A program made the position numbers and the translations under genes. The notes beneath the pieces are model-generated. The model saw only the letters and a program-made list of their open reading frames with translations, was not told the DNA's origin and did not search any database. A stretch of 62,148 nucleotides of DNA, the filler included, from Collodictyon triciliatum (Eukaryota): NCBI GenBank assembly GCA_043381765.1. It is 12 parts of 12 records of this genome, joined end to end, with 100 filler letters (N's around TTAATTAATTAA, not from the genome) between each part and the next. Parts side by side here need not be neighbours in the genome. Positions count along the whole stretch, not along the records: positions 9,863 to 14,691 come from JBHJMP010005721.1; positions 14,792 to 19,615 come from JBHJMP010005722.1; positions 19,716 to 24,544 come from JBHJMP010005723.1; positions 24,645 to 29,473 come from JBHJMP010005724.1; 8 more parts are not named here. One strand, written 5' to 3'. Position 1 is the stretch's first letter; each line of letters opens with the position of its first letter. Below, in pieces: positions 11,919 to 25,797 of the stretch.

Positions 11919-14626
11919 AATTTAACGACTTTTTGAATCGAATGAAGGAAGAAATTATTTACAGACCTACAATAAAGAACTTCCCTAGGATTTTTTTAAA
12001 ATCTATTCTCATTCTAGAGAAGAATTTTTTATTAATAATTTAAAAATTGAATAAGATCTCTTAAAATAAAATATATTAATTTATTATGAAGTAATTCAAT
12101 CCTCTGACTCCGTCGCCAAGTTTGGTATAGAATAGTTTTTTATTTTAAAAAATTTCAAGCGAACTATCTCATATTTATAAAATCGATACTAAATTATCTC
12201 AGAGAACATATATAACCATTAAATTATTACTTTATGTTTTAAGTCGATTTGGATTATTTAAATCAAAATATCTTGAATTTATAATTGACTTGGAGATAAA
12301 TATGAAGATTTTTTAATATTTGATGAAATAGTACATTATGAGTTAGATTTTTTTCCATGTGCCATTTATACCAAAAGTATTGATATTCGAAAAAAAATTA
12401 AAATATTTTTAAATACGTATTGCATTTCTAATGAGTCCAATTTTAATACCAATATAATTACTGTTTATGATCATTTTCAATAGAATTTTTTAAAATTTAA
12501 AGATTATTGTTAAGTAAAATACAATTCTCAATAATACAATTTCGATTGAAATTTTTATACATAAATCATATAAATAATTGGAAATGCATATTCGAAGAAA
12601 ATTTTTTTTAAGAGGAAGCATAACAGAATAAAATATTTATCAAAGGATAAATAAATTTCTGTTAATACATTGGTAAGAAAATGACGAGCGCTTTAATTTA
12701 GATGCATATTCCTTATTTATTTATTCATATAAATTTTAAAGAAGAATTTAAATATGTAGTTATTATTTTAAAAAAATTTGAATTATATATCAATAGTTAT
12801 TGAAACATCAATTTATTAGCTAAAATGAGTTTTTCTGAAAATTTAAATCTAATTAAAGTATTTTATAAGTTAGATTATTAAAATTATTAATTATATTTGA
12901 AGCGTCCAAGCTTATTAATTTCTATTTAATTAAAATTTCAAGTTTTTCATCGTTATAATGAATAAAATTTGAATTTTTTTACTCATTAGCTGTAATTTTA
13001 TTATATATTTGATAATCAACTAGGCAATTTTGCCTTTATTTGATTCAAAAGAACTTAGTATATTATTTTAATTGAATTAAAATTTATATTTTTAAAATTT
13101 CCTTTATTCGATTCAAAGATACATCATTTATAATATTAATTATTTAAGTTTTGAATGATATTCGATTTATTAAAAGTTATTTAATGTTAAATAATAAACT
13201 AGTTTAAATATGATTGAAATTTACTAAATATTATATTAATTTATTTCAAAATAAATACCAACATGTGAAAATGTAATTAATGTAATACTTGGAACATTAT
13301 TAAATAAAAATTCTATATGATAATCATATTAACCTATATTAAAGTAACATTCCAAAAATTGATATCTGTACTTACAGGAGTCTATTTTAATTCAAATAAA
13401 GATCTCATTATAACTCATTCCAATATCAATAATTAGTTTTATATATGGTTATATACTATAAAAATATTCAAAATTTTCGCATTTATTTTTATATGCGCTA
13501 GAAAGAAAACATACGATTCGATTATTATAAAAAGGGGTTGTTTTTAATTGTGTTAAGATTAAAAAGTTTGCTTAAATGCTCTCTGAATGGAATAAGAGAA
13601 ATAATTAATTCTATCATTACAAAAATGGAATCATATTTGTTATTTAGGGGCACTTATAGGAAACTATTAAATTAAGTATAGGAATTCATTGAATACCACA
13701 TAAAAAATCGCATGTGTAAAATATAATGCATAACTTGGCGACCCTTATTGTTAATCAAGTCTAAACGTGTGACGAATATCAACTTAATAGTAAAAATGAA
13801 AGAATATAAATATTTTAATATAATGTCTGATAGAATTGTTAAGAATTATAATTAAATTTCTGATTATTAGAAAAATCAAAAGATATTGGTTTGCATAATT
13901 TGAAACAATTTCATAATCGATTCAGCTAAAACTAACAAAAGAATGATTATTTGATAGGTTGATATTTTTTCTGTTCTTTTTTTATATGTTAAGAACTGTG
14001 GTGTGGATTAATTTTATTCAGTTGCTAAAATACTATCATTATTTTATAAATGGAAACGAAAACAAAAATTCAATAAGGTAAACATAATTTTGTTAAATTT
14101 TCAATCTATTATTTTTCTGGAAATTTGGTTTTTATAAATCTTAAAATTAAGTCGGCAGCAGCATTTATAAAAAGATTTTGAAAAATAAAAAATTTCAATT
14201 AACTAAATAACATTTCATGGGAACGAAGCGTGATGATTCTTCAAGTTGTTAAAAAAATTTTCTAGATTATTTCATTTATTTTCTAATTAAATGCGGTGAT
14301 CTTTTCATTGCTTCAATTCAAAATATATAGATATAAATGTGAATTTTTCTATTTAGTGATATGTTTCTCTTATGTTATGTTTCTCTTGTTGCTTTTTATT
14401 TTTATGATATTTAATTATTGTGTTGTTTTATTTATTATTTTGTTTTTGTTTTTAGTTTATTTTTTTATTTTTTTATTTTTTTATTTTTTTTGTTTTTTTG
14501 TTATTTATTTTTTGTTCTCTTTTTATTTTTTATTTTTTTGTTTTTTTGTTTTTTTTTGTTTTTTTTGTTTTTTGTTATTTATTTTTTGTTTATTGTTTAT
14601 TGTTTATTGTTTATTGTTTTTTTTTT

Positions 14627-14691
<65 letters not shown>

Positions 14692-14793
14692 NNNNNNNNN
14701 NNNNNNNNNNNNNNNNNNNNNNNNNNNNNNNNNNNTTAATTAATTAANNNNNNNNNNNNNNNNNNNNNNNNNNNNNNNNNNNNNNNNNNNNAT

Positions 14794-14864
<71 letters not shown>

Positions 14865-15943
14865 TTGTCATTTGTATTAAAAAAAATTTCTTTTCAGGTT
14901 GTGCAAGATTGGGGAGGTTTTCATTCATTGGAGTTTGATATTAAAGTCACCTATTTGACCATATCTCTTTGTCAAAGTTTCTATTGAATTTGCTTGTCTT
15001 CAGTAGTTGGAGAAACCTAAGTGAAAACTGGGACTCGGCTATGCTTTGTCGGTCTACCTCGCTATGTTGAGAGCTATCGCGCTTTTTTTCCACTTTTCTA
15101 ACCTTCATGACAGCCAGCTTTCCACGCCTTTCCATCTCTGGGAACTCTACGGAAGATTCTCCGTCTATTACGCTAGTGCGTGGTCCTGCAGTAGAACCGG
15201 AAGAGGACAGGTATCTCTCTGGTACAGAACCAGGTAATGGTGGCGAATATTTTTTTTCATTGAGTAACGTAGTGCGCCTCATATCTGAAGAAGTGAGTGA
15301 ATCCCTAAATGTATTTATTTATTTCATTGTTAAAATATAGTGATGACAACCATTTAAAAGTTGGTTTTTATTTTAAAAAAAAAAATGAGTGTGGGGCTTG
15401 CCGTTTTACTTTGCGCTATGCTAATTCGTGGTATCGTTGTCTGCCTGTTTGTTTTGACTTTACCAAAGAAATAGGATATGTGAGTAGGTGAGTACGCTTA
15501 TGAAGGGTGGTGCGAGGCTAGAGCACGAAGCAGCTGTCGGTGAGCGATTTTCCCCTGAAGGAAATTCGGTGCGACAGAGCAAGCTTTTGATCAGATAGTC
15601 GCGCAAGACATTCAGAGTGTTTCTTAAATTTGAATATACGAGAATAGGAGGGAGATCGAAGAGAGAGCAAGGCGGTGCCAAGAAGAAAAATTGAAAGGAA
15701 ATGAAAGAATCCCCCAGATTGGAATATCCCACATTTGATTGTTCCGGTATGGTTCTGTTCAAAATTGTGCCATACGGAGATGAAATTCAAAGAAAGTTGT
15801 CGAATTCATTGCCACAGACAACCCAGCCCCTATGAGGATTCGGAGGGATCGGGGTGAACCTTCCCAGAAACCAGAAACAAGAAACAAGAAACACAAAAGT
15901 ATTAGAAGCATTAAAGGCATAAAAGCACAGAAACACACCCGGA

Positions 15944-16672
15944 ATGGCCGGCGCGGTGCAAGAAAGCTGCATCTTCTGCGACTACCAAAGGCATCTGCAG
16001 AGCACTGGGCGAAGCGTCACGTACGAGGTTTGCGCGACTGCGAAGACAAAACAAACATCGAGCCGAACTGAGCGTTCTGCCACACAAACTATTGAATAAA
16101 AAAAAAAACAATAATAATAATAAACGACTGAGAGAAATAAAAAAAAACCAAAGGACGACAAGATCGTGGTGTTCCCAGCTCTGCGGCCATACTCATCACT
16201 GCACCTGCTATGCATCCCAAAGAGACACATCGCCACCGTGGACGACCTCACCGCAGCAGATCTCAGCCTCGGTCACCCACCCACCCCTTCTCCTCCAGTC
16301 AATCACAAAGCCGCCTGCCGTTGCGCCTCTCCCCATCCCATTTCGCTCTTGCAATACCTCATATCCTACATCACCCCACCGCTGCGGGGACATGCAAGCG
16401 CGCGACCAACGCAACATCCACAAAAACACACCCCCTCTCTCTAACATGCAGTGGAGCACATGGCGATGACGTCACAGCGCCTGAGCAGCCACAGCCACAG
16501 CCACAGCCACAGCCTGATCGGCTTCCACCCGGGGCGCTTCACCTCCGTGGGCCACCTGCACATGCACGCGCTGCACGCGCCCCTCACGCCGTGGCACCAG
16601 CGGTGGCGGTTCAGCAGCGCACTGGGGACGTACATCCCGGCCGCGCGGGTGGTGGAGAGACTGCGGCGGTAG
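15944..16672 (+). CDS. HIT-family nucleotide hydrolase, HINT3/HINT4-like
   Basis: Exons 15944-16027, 16154-16271, 16452-16672 give MAGAVQESCIFCD...HLLCIPKRHI...GFHPGRFTSVGHLHMHAL (CxxC plus histidine triad HxHxH). Confidence 0.92.
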
Positions 16673-16808
16673 CGGCAGCGGCAGCGGCGGGGCGAATACA
16701 CACACGGACGGGTCTCCCATGTGTGCGCGGGGGTGTCGGTGTGGATGTGTCTGTGTATGTGTTATGTGTGTATCTACTTTGGAAAAAGAACCAGAATAAT
16801 GGGGGGCC

Positions 16809-18271
16809 TCAGAAGGAGTCGCACTCGCGCTCGTGGGCCAGGCGCGGGTGGTCGTGGCGCAGGGGCATGAGGCGGTGGAGGAGGGCGGTGGAGAGGGGCA
16901 GGCCGAGGGCGAGGGCGAGGAGCGAGTAGAGGAGGCCGGCGAGGGCGTCGACGGCGTAGTGGAAGCCGCAGTAGACGGTGGCGACGCACAGGGCCGGGAC
17001 GAAGGGGGCGTAGGCGAGGGCGAGGGGCCGGTGGAAGCGCAGGGCCAGCCACAGGCAGGTGAGGGAGGCGGCGACGTGCGAGGAGGGGAACGCCGTCCCG
17101 TTGGACGAGCCCATCTCGACGAGCCCGTACGTCACGTGCGAGAAGGCGTAGCCGGTGTCTGCGGCCGCGGGCGGGTCGTACTGCCAGTAGGGCCCCTCCA
17201 CGGGGAACGCGATGAACGTGGCAAAGCCCGCCACAAAGACCAGCGCCAGGCACCCCAGCGCCCGGTGGAAGACGTAGCGCGAGCGCGTGCGGAACAGCGT
17301 CAGGGGCAGCGCCGCCACCACAAAGTAGTAGCTGAAGTAGCACACGTGCAGGTACTCGCCCAGCGCCCGCGAGTCCGCCGCCCGCCACAGATCCTGCGCA
17401 GGCGACACCGACGCCCCAAACACCCGCCGCTCCCACGCCTGCACCTGCCCGTCGTTCACGCTCCCGTCCGCCGTCTTGCACAGCCCCGCCATCAGCGTGT
17501 ACACCACCGCAAACAGCCCCGCCGGGTACAGCTCCAGCACCGCCTCCACCCACGCCCGCTGCTGGCCCCTGCCCCTGCCCCTGCCCTTGTCCTTGTCCTT
17601 GTCTCCCGGTCCGTGGCTGTGGCTGTGGCTGTGGCTGTGGCTGTGGCTGTGGCCGTGCGCCTCCCCGACCGTCCGCGCGCACCCCACGCACGCCGCCACC
17701 ACCATCTGCAGCAGCAGCCCCACCGGCTCGTCCAGCCGGATCAGGTACAGCGGCAGCGTCCCCACCAGGAACACGAAAAAGATCAGGTCCGCCGGCCCCA
17801 TGAACAGCCCCAGGAACCGGTCCAGCCCCTGTGGCCCGCACCGTGCGCCGTGTTAGAGCATGTTAGAGCGCACCCGCACAACAGGCCCTTCTTTTGCGGA
17901 TCATGATTGCGATTGCGATGGTACCGTACCTTGCGGGGGGCGGCCGCCGGCTCGTGCGCCTCGGGCGTGTCCGGGTCGGCGTTGGGCCTCGGCACAAACG
18001 GATCCATCAGCACGTACATCTTCTGCCGCGCGGCGGTGGCCTGCGTCTCGGACTTGGGCATGGACGTGGATGTGGATGTGGGCAGCAGCGGCGAGTGGTC
18101 TGCAGGGAACGGGGCCAGTGTGAGGCTCGGTGCAGACTGCGGTTGTGGGTGGGGCTCGGGCTCGGGCTCGGGCTCGTTGCTGAGCGACTGGTACGACGAC
18201 ATCTTGTGTGGCAGCGACAAAGGGTGCAGCAGGGGTTGTGTCTCGCCGATCGTGTCTGGGGCGGCCTTCAT
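16809..18271 (-). CDS. PAP2-superfamily membrane phosphotransferase, Aur1/IPC-synthase-like (PAP2_3)
   Basis: Exons 18271-17930 and 17828-16809 with a GT-AG intron at 17829-17929. Motifs FPVEGPYW, AFPSSHVA and TVYCGFHYAVDALAG. Several transmembrane segments. Confidence 0.85.
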
Positions 18272-19715
18272 GGTGCGGTGGTTAGTGGCGTTTGCTTCTC
18301 TGGTGGTCCCGTTGGTTGGTTCGGATCGTGTGATCGGGTTTGTGTGGCTGCGTGTGTTTTGACTTTCGGTGGTTTCTTTTTCTATTAGGCTTTTTTCTGA
18401 TCTTGGCTCCGCTCGCTCTCTCTCTCTCTTTCTCTTTGTAGTGGCTTTTTGTGATCTGCTCTGTGCGTCACGGGTTAGCGTGTATATCGCGCGTGTATAC
18501 CGAAGAGATTCGTTAGTAATTGTCGCATTCGGATTCGGTGCTTCGAAGCCGCTTTCGATTGGGGGAATGGCGGTGTACCTGATGTTGGGGTATCGTGATG
18601 TTCCCGTTCGAAACAGGCCAGGCCACAAATGCGGTTGTGCGGGGGTTGGATTTTTTCCTTGGAGTTCGCTCTTTCCGACTCTGGAAATCTGTATGCAATT
18701 ATTTTAATTGTTTTGGCTTACTTTTCCGGAAGAGGCCTGGATGGGGTACGTGCCAAGAAAACAGCCCTTTGCTTTGGCGAATTTTTCTTCGCTGAAATGC
18801 CTGCGCAGATAAGAGGCTGGGTGAATGGGTCGCAAGCCTTTGCGCATACGCGCTGAACCGATCGGTGGGCTCGGCTTGTGTTTGATTCATTCGCCCCTTA
18901 CTCCTTTACTTTCAAGTGGCTCTTAGTTGAGCGACGCCAATGGGCTGTCGCGATAGGTTCTGCACCGAACAAAAGTCCCGGAAATAAAGTGGAAAAGCCC
19001 CCACAAGGCTGAGAGTTTCACGCCAGCTGAAACTTTCCATATGTCTGTTTGAGTGCGTGCATTTTTTTTTTGGATGTTTTTGTTTGTTTGCTCAAGGGTT
19101 TGTCTAGCAGGTTATGTTGGGGGAAGAAGATCGATCAAGAAAAAATGGGGGCAGCTGCAGCGACCGAGGGCTTCAGCTTTTCATGGCGGTCGCCAATACC
19201 TTTTGTAAAGCAGCATGATCGATTTGTTTTTGCAGCGGCGTCGGCTGATTCGTTTGTCGCTCCGTTGGTTTGTGGTTTGGCTGGTGTCTATGAACGCGAT
19301 TAGGATATGAGTGACAATCAAATGATGCTGCTCGTTAGCCAATTGCAGTTCCTCATGCAGAACCTTACGGTACAATATTTATGAACATGACAAATTTGTA
19401 TTGGAACAAAACGCAGATATGGACAACTCTTAACAGCATACGATTTTATATATTATTACGAATTATGAAATGGTATCAGATCGTAATTCTGTATTATAAT
19501 GTATTAAAATATAAGGCACAATATTTTCCATGATTGAAACAAAATGTCAATCAATTCAACCTAAAAAATTGCTGCCCCAAACAAACTGAAAAACAAACAA
19601 ACTGAAAAACAAAAANNNNNNNNNNNNNNNNNNNNNNNNNNNNNNNNNNNNNNNNNNNNTTAATTAATTAANNNNNNNNNNNNNNNNNNNNNNNNNNNNN
19701 NNNNNNNNNNNNNNN

Positions 19716-22700
19716 CTCATGTTTGGGAGGAGCTGCAGTGATACTATCTAGCCCCTTCACCTCTAGAATGCACATCATTCGATTCACTAGAGACAAATAC
19801 AAGACAAATCTAATTGACAAATATAAAAGCACTCGATTCAACAGCATCAGTACATTTGATTTGAGCAGCAATATCTTATCATTGGACACCACAGTCCAAC
19901 AAGTAGACCTTCCCCAAGTTTCAACTGAGGGGCCCCTTTCGACTCTGAGTGAGCCCTTGATGGTCTTTTCTGTTGTATTACAATATGAGATTAAGCAAAT
20001 CAAGCTTACGCTATCATCCATTAAGTTGAAGATAGAATCCACTACAACAAAGCCAGCAGGCACCGAACACCCATCCAAAGTTCAGGATGAGGCCGAGATA
20101 GAACCACCGCAAAACAACACCACCGACCCGATAACAGAGAACCGAGATCCACCAGAACCAAATCGAGAATACAATATGGAAATACCCCAAGTTTCAGATG
20201 CACTACATATTGATGCAGTTCCTCCAACACCGCCAGAAAATGTAAAAGAAAATGCATATGTTGAAAACAAACCCGATGATGCGGAGCCTCAACAAGAAAA
20301 TGCAGAGACAGAGCCTGCCAAAGGCCTACTTATTGGAACAGATGGCCCAGAAAAGGAAGCCACTAAACAAAAAAAATCCAAACAAAAGAAAAAGAAGGAG
20401 ACTAAACCAGAAACAGCCAGCCAGCTCGATAAACAGGAATCTAAGTCTCCCGTGTTTGTTTCTAATATCATCTAATATTCCATATTTTCGTTTTTATTTA
20501 CGTTCAATAAAGTTTACCATAATTGTATATCCATTATTTTTAAACCATAGTCTACCCAGTACCCCAAGGAATACTCAAGCAAGTAAGCTCAGAATTCAAT
20601 TTAGTTATTCAATTTTTCTATTTCATATATTTGATAATATAATTGCATGGTTGTTTTAAATGACACCCAAAATCTACCACAAGAAAGCGAGGTGCCTGCT
20701 CTAGATACTGAGGTAGTTTGATCCAATTTCTGCGGCCAAAATTGTAAGGCCTGAGTTTCCCCAAAGTGCTAAAATAAGACCTGGAAACCTTTTTAGGCGG
20801 ATGGCGTTTCACCGAGAAATGCCCCTCCGCTTTATTCCCTGGACGATGCGCTATCTAAAATAGCCTCAAACATAGAAAATGTGAGACCGCAGGCACCAAT
20901 ACGAATTTTCAATATGAAATATCATCGAGCAATCAAACAATAACGCTGATTAAAACACATAATATTCCTTTATTTTCTGTCATTAATACTAACTCGGGTT
21001 TACTTTTATTATCGTGATACAAATATTAATCTAGAGAATAGTCGAAACTCATAGCGATATAATCGCTTCATCGAAGATGAGTACAAAAAGTGTGCAGGAG
21101 TCTATAACAGCAGCGTCATCTTCGCTAACCGAGGTGATATACTCACAGAGATTATTTAGTATATATATACTTCATCTACAGTTAGCTTTCCATGAAATCA
21201 CTTGGGTAAATAATTTCTCCTTCAAGCAAAATACCCGGTTAATGTACTTCCATTTTTTGATATACCTTGTATTACAAATAGGTAATTAGAGAGCAGATAC
21301 GCTCAGAGGTAGCAGCTGCTATGAATTCTATATTGCCACAACTAGTGACAACAATTGCTAATAGGATGCAAGTAATTTGCTATTGTTATATAAGTAGTGG
21401 TTGTCTCATATGTTACTCAGAAAGAGGATCGCCTATTTGCAAGGATTCGATCTTTATTTCCATCACAAAATCAGTAAACTAATGACGCATATAAAAAAAT
21501 TCAATATTGCCAGGAACCTCTCTCCAAGCTGAGAGGTGCTGTAGATGGTATCACTGCAGAAGATAGAAAAAATCAAGGTTCATATATATTCTTCTCTCTT
21601 TCTCTTTTTTCCTCTCTCTCTTTATCCTCTCTCTCTTTATCTTTCTCTTTTTTCCTCTCTCTCTTTATCCTCTCTCTCTTTATCTTTCTCTCTTTCTCTC
21701 TTTTATCCTCTCTCTCTTTCTCTTTCTCTTTCTCTTTCTAGGCAGAAAAGAAAAGAAAGGAATAGTGGATGCACCTATCTCACACCCCAGACATGAACAC
21801 TGGGTTTTATTTAATAATTCTAATTTAAAATCATCACCACAGCACAAACTATGAGCCGACTTTCGAATATGACTTCGTCATCTGACCAACACCATGCGGT
21901 ATTGTATAATTACATGTCTAGTTGAAAGAAAAGTCAATATTAAATCAGAATAGCAATACAAATGAATACCATACAATGAAAGTCCCTTTGTGTTCCATTT
22001 CATTAGACATTATTTCGCCCCATTTTTCAAATCGATTTTTCTCAACCAATTTTAATATTCTCAAGGATTTGGTTCTCCAACAGAAACAAATGGGGATGAA
22101 TTTGGATCGCATCATCCATAACAACATGAACCATTACTTCGACGCATATAATCGATATCCTTTTCTTACTTTCTGCAAACTAGGAAAAATACAATCTATT
22201 GGTTAAATTCCACTTCTACATAATTTCATTTGTAATAAAATTCTATTACAAACCCTCCTTCACAATCACACCAATTTGGAGACTTTATCCCAAGGAGTGG
22301 CACGCCTATCCGATACTGTGAGAACTCTAGAGTCAAAGCTAGACCGAATTGGTATGCCCATAATCTTCATTATATGCATCCCTTCAAAGGTTATTTTTAC
22401 AACAGATTTCTTCATAATCACTGCCACATTTCACTCACACACGAAGAGATGAAATATGTCCGGCTAATGATATTTGCCTTCTACTAGCCCCTCCAACCGT
22501 ACCCAGCACATCCCAGTACGACCCACTTCTTTTGCACCACATCGCTCGTGATTTTGAGAATAAGCGATATCTCTCCTGCTTTGAAAACGTATGTCAAGGC
22601 ATCGAGAAGAATTATTGACATTTTCTGCTTATGAAATGCCCCTTTCACTGTTAGGAATATTTCCTTCATTACTTTCCCTTCCACAACGCAGTCTGAAATG

Positions 22701-23522
22701 TCACTGAATAATCGAATTTTATCACACATTCGCTACAGGCCTTATCGTCACCAAACTTACCTCTGCTAATGTCTTTATGCAAGCGTCTATCCGCAGATGA
22801 AGTAGTTCCTTTCTTGAAAGCGAATCAGGTGAACACATTATTTTCTTCGCCAGAAATAATTAATATAGACTCTTGTATTAATTATTGGCACGACAGAATA
22901 GTAATCTATGTATGTTTCAGTTGTGCATATTGTGTGAAAAACATTCTAATTTATGTATCTTATGCCATCTTAGATTCGCTCATTATAAAATCTCGAAAAT
23001 GCCACCCTATATACTCGCTCACCAAACATACTCTCTTAGGCGGTGCTCTTGTCGCTGATTCAGCAACTTTCCTTCAATTGGGACACGGACCAAGTTCTGA
23101 AGCTCGAATGGATTCGTGAATGCCTCTTTTGTGTCGAGCTGAATGACCCCGTTGTTCTGGAATCGGGACGGGTCATATTTACTTTCGTACAGGTATCAGA
23201 TGCCCTTCCCCTTTTCTTTGTTCCACATAACCAATATCTGTATCAAGAAAAAGGAGGAGAAAAATGAGAGAAAAAGAAAAAAGAAAAAAGAAAAAGAAAA
23301 AAGATTAACATCCACTGCATGATAGTATTATCCTCACAAGACACAGTCAGAATGGTGCGATACTTTGATAAGATGTTCCTTTCACTGCAATATGTTTATA
23401 CACTTCTGTACCACGTTAAGACGCAGGTTGGCCAGCTGGTTGAGGATACTGCAAGAGAGAATCTCGACATGGTCCGTCAGATAATCAGCCTCACGCGTCG
23501 ATATATGAAGGTCTTGGCGTAG
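19716..23522 (+). CDS. EDC4: Enhancer of mRNA decapping 4 (Ge-1/VARICOSE), 5'-truncated, multi-exon
   Basis: Spliced C-terminus CFENALSSPNLPLLMSLCKRL...NQAVLLSLIQQLSFNWDTDQVLKLEWIRECL matches the Ge-1 C-terminal domain. The first exon resembles the end of the WD40 domain plus a low-complexity linker. Confidence 0.8.
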
Positions 23523-23914
23523 AAGTGCGTCAAAGTTTCGCCTCTGCGAATCGCACTGCATGACTTCACCATTTGTGAGGCTGCAGTGATTGATAAAGCT
23601 GCCTTCTTTTGCTCATCGATTTTGTTTCAAAGAGAATACATGAGGGGATAGGATGCTGGTGCAGAAAGAGAGAAAAAAAGAGAGAAAAAAAGAGAGAAAA
23701 AAAGAGAGAAAAAAAGAGAGAAAAAAAGAGAGAAAAAAAGAGAGAAAAAAAGAGAGAAAAAAAGAGAGAAAACGAAATATAGAAAGATGCGCATGTATTA
23801 TCACCTTCCTCACGAACACCTGTTGATGACTTGAAGATAAAAATAAAGCAGGGTTTGGTGGCGGGTGTATTGAATCATGAGCAAACCATATTCTTGCTTT
23901 ATTTCCTGGATGGC

Positions 23915-24264
23915 TTATTTCTCAGCAAGTGCGACTCTTTTCTGCTTCGCGGCAGCTTTTTTGTCTTTCCCTTTCTTCTCTTTCTTTTTCAGCTTGTCCA
24001 TGTGGAGTATCATAAGGTTGGCGTAGGCGGAGTGGAACTTTGGGACGTCCTTCTGTTGGATCTGAGGTATGCATTTTAAGTCATTTTGCCTTGCTAGCCA
24101 TATGATACGCGTGATGCTTGAATCATGAGTTGAGCCTACGATGCAGCTGACTTTTCTTTTCCCGTTGGTAGCTCTTATCAAGCAGCAATGGTCAACCTCA
24201 CCGGAGGGGACGGAGTCTTCCTTCACAATCCCTCGTCGCTTTGTCTTGCTTATGAGGCCGTAGG
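23915..24264 (-). CDS. SRP14: Signal recognition particle 14 kDa subunit, last two exons
   Basis: CCLIRATNGKRKVSCI|IQQKDVPKFHSAYANLMILHMDKLKKKEKK with an in-frame intron at 24062-24139. Upstream exons are uncertain. Confidence 0.88.
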
Positions 24265-24822
24265 CTGCGGTGAGAATGAAAGGATTACCCAACACGGGTG
24301 GGGTGATAAGCCAACCAAACTTTAAGGGGAAGCATGTGTATGGCCAGGCAAAACCCTTCTGTGCAGTCGCTGCCGAGATAGCTTCCTGTTGCATTTATAT
24401 ATACGAGAGAAAAGGAGAAAAAGAAAAGAAAAAGAATAGAAAAAGGAAGATAAAAGAAGATAAAAGAAGATAAAAGAAGATAAAAGAAGATAAAAGAAGA
24501 TAAAAGAAGATAAAAGAAGATAAAAGAAGATAAAAGAAGATAAANNNNNNNNNNNNNNNNNNNNNNNNNNNNNNNNNNNNNNNNNNNNTTAATTAATTAA
24601 NNNNNNNNNNNNNNNNNNNNNNNNNNNNNNNNNNNNNNNNNNNNATAAAAAAGAAATAAAAAAGAAATAAAAAAGAAATAAAAAAGAAATAAAAAAGAAA
24701 TAAAAAAGAAATAAAAAAGAAATAAAAAAGAAATAAAAAGAAATAAAAAAGGAAACAAAAGAATATTAATTACGAAGGAGACAAAATGTGAGGGAATTTT
24801 TTTCCATAGCTTTGGTTATTAG

Positions 24823-25797
24823 ATTTTGACACAGACCACCAAGACGATCCTGAAGGGATGAGTGACTTATGGCGTATGCGCCGAGCAGTCCACTTCACAA
24901 CTGGGATTATCCTGTGCCTGGAGGCACTTTTGCTAGACTCTCTCGCTGTTTTGCACACGGTGGCTTCTTTAGGCGACACAGACTTGGACTTGCAGATTCA
25001 CTTTGGCTTTGCTGCCGCACGGGCAGATGACTTCGAATCACCTCTTGCTTATGACTGTCGCCCTCACTTAAGTTGTGATGGTATTCGATTGGGCTCTCGT
25101 CTGATCCTGCATAGCTCCATAGCCGGCCTTTTGGTTCTTCTCGTTGGCTTCTGGCTTCATGCGACAAAGGTGATGCTCTAAGGCAAACATCAGGCCTGGA
25201 TTATGGGGGCTGGTGCTGGTGTGCATTGATATTAATCATTGTGATTTGGAGTGATTTGATTGTGCGCTTTCTACATTATTAATCCATGGCATTGAATTAA
25301 TGGCGTCTTTGATTCTTTATTCAAATGCGTGTTGAAGAGAACGGGTGCACCAATCATCTCGCTGGCATCTGCTATGTCCCTGTCCACCGGGTGCATCGCC
25401 TGGGCATATTGGAGTTATCCAGGCATACAAGAGCTTGCTTATCTATCAACCTCGCCGAAGGTTGGTTACAGCACATACGTACTTGGCGCATCTCATTATA
25501 GTACACTCCTTTTTTTTTTTTTGGTATTTTCATTATCAATATAATTATCATTATGAATATCATTATCATTATCATTATGAATATCATTATCATTATCATT
25601 ATGAATATCATTATCATTATCATTATCATTATCAATATAAATATCATTCCTGTATTGTCTCCTTGTTGTATAATCGTTCTGGCGTGATGTGCAATGAATT
25701 ATGTGCTTATTGACCTTGCACAGGGCTCGGTGTCGTCCTATGTATCGACATTTGTAGAGGTTGGACCAAGCTTATTGCTCTTGGCGTGTGACAGCAT
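24823..25797 (+). CDS. Small multi-pass membrane protein, possibly claudin-like tetraspan fold; partial
   Basis: Three phase-compatible exons with hydrophobic helices and a Cys pair (DCRPHLSCDG) in the first loop. Runs into an N gap. Confidence 0.5.

Noticed and set aside
14898-15282. Possible terminal exons (VVQDWGGFHSLEFDIK...) or the 111-aa minus-strand ORF
   Set aside because: Too short and unrecognised to assign a frame or product.
16774-17906. Overlapping 355-aa and 357-aa ORFs in other frames
   Set aside because: They are shadow ORFs of the GC-rich PAP2 exon and carry no motifs.
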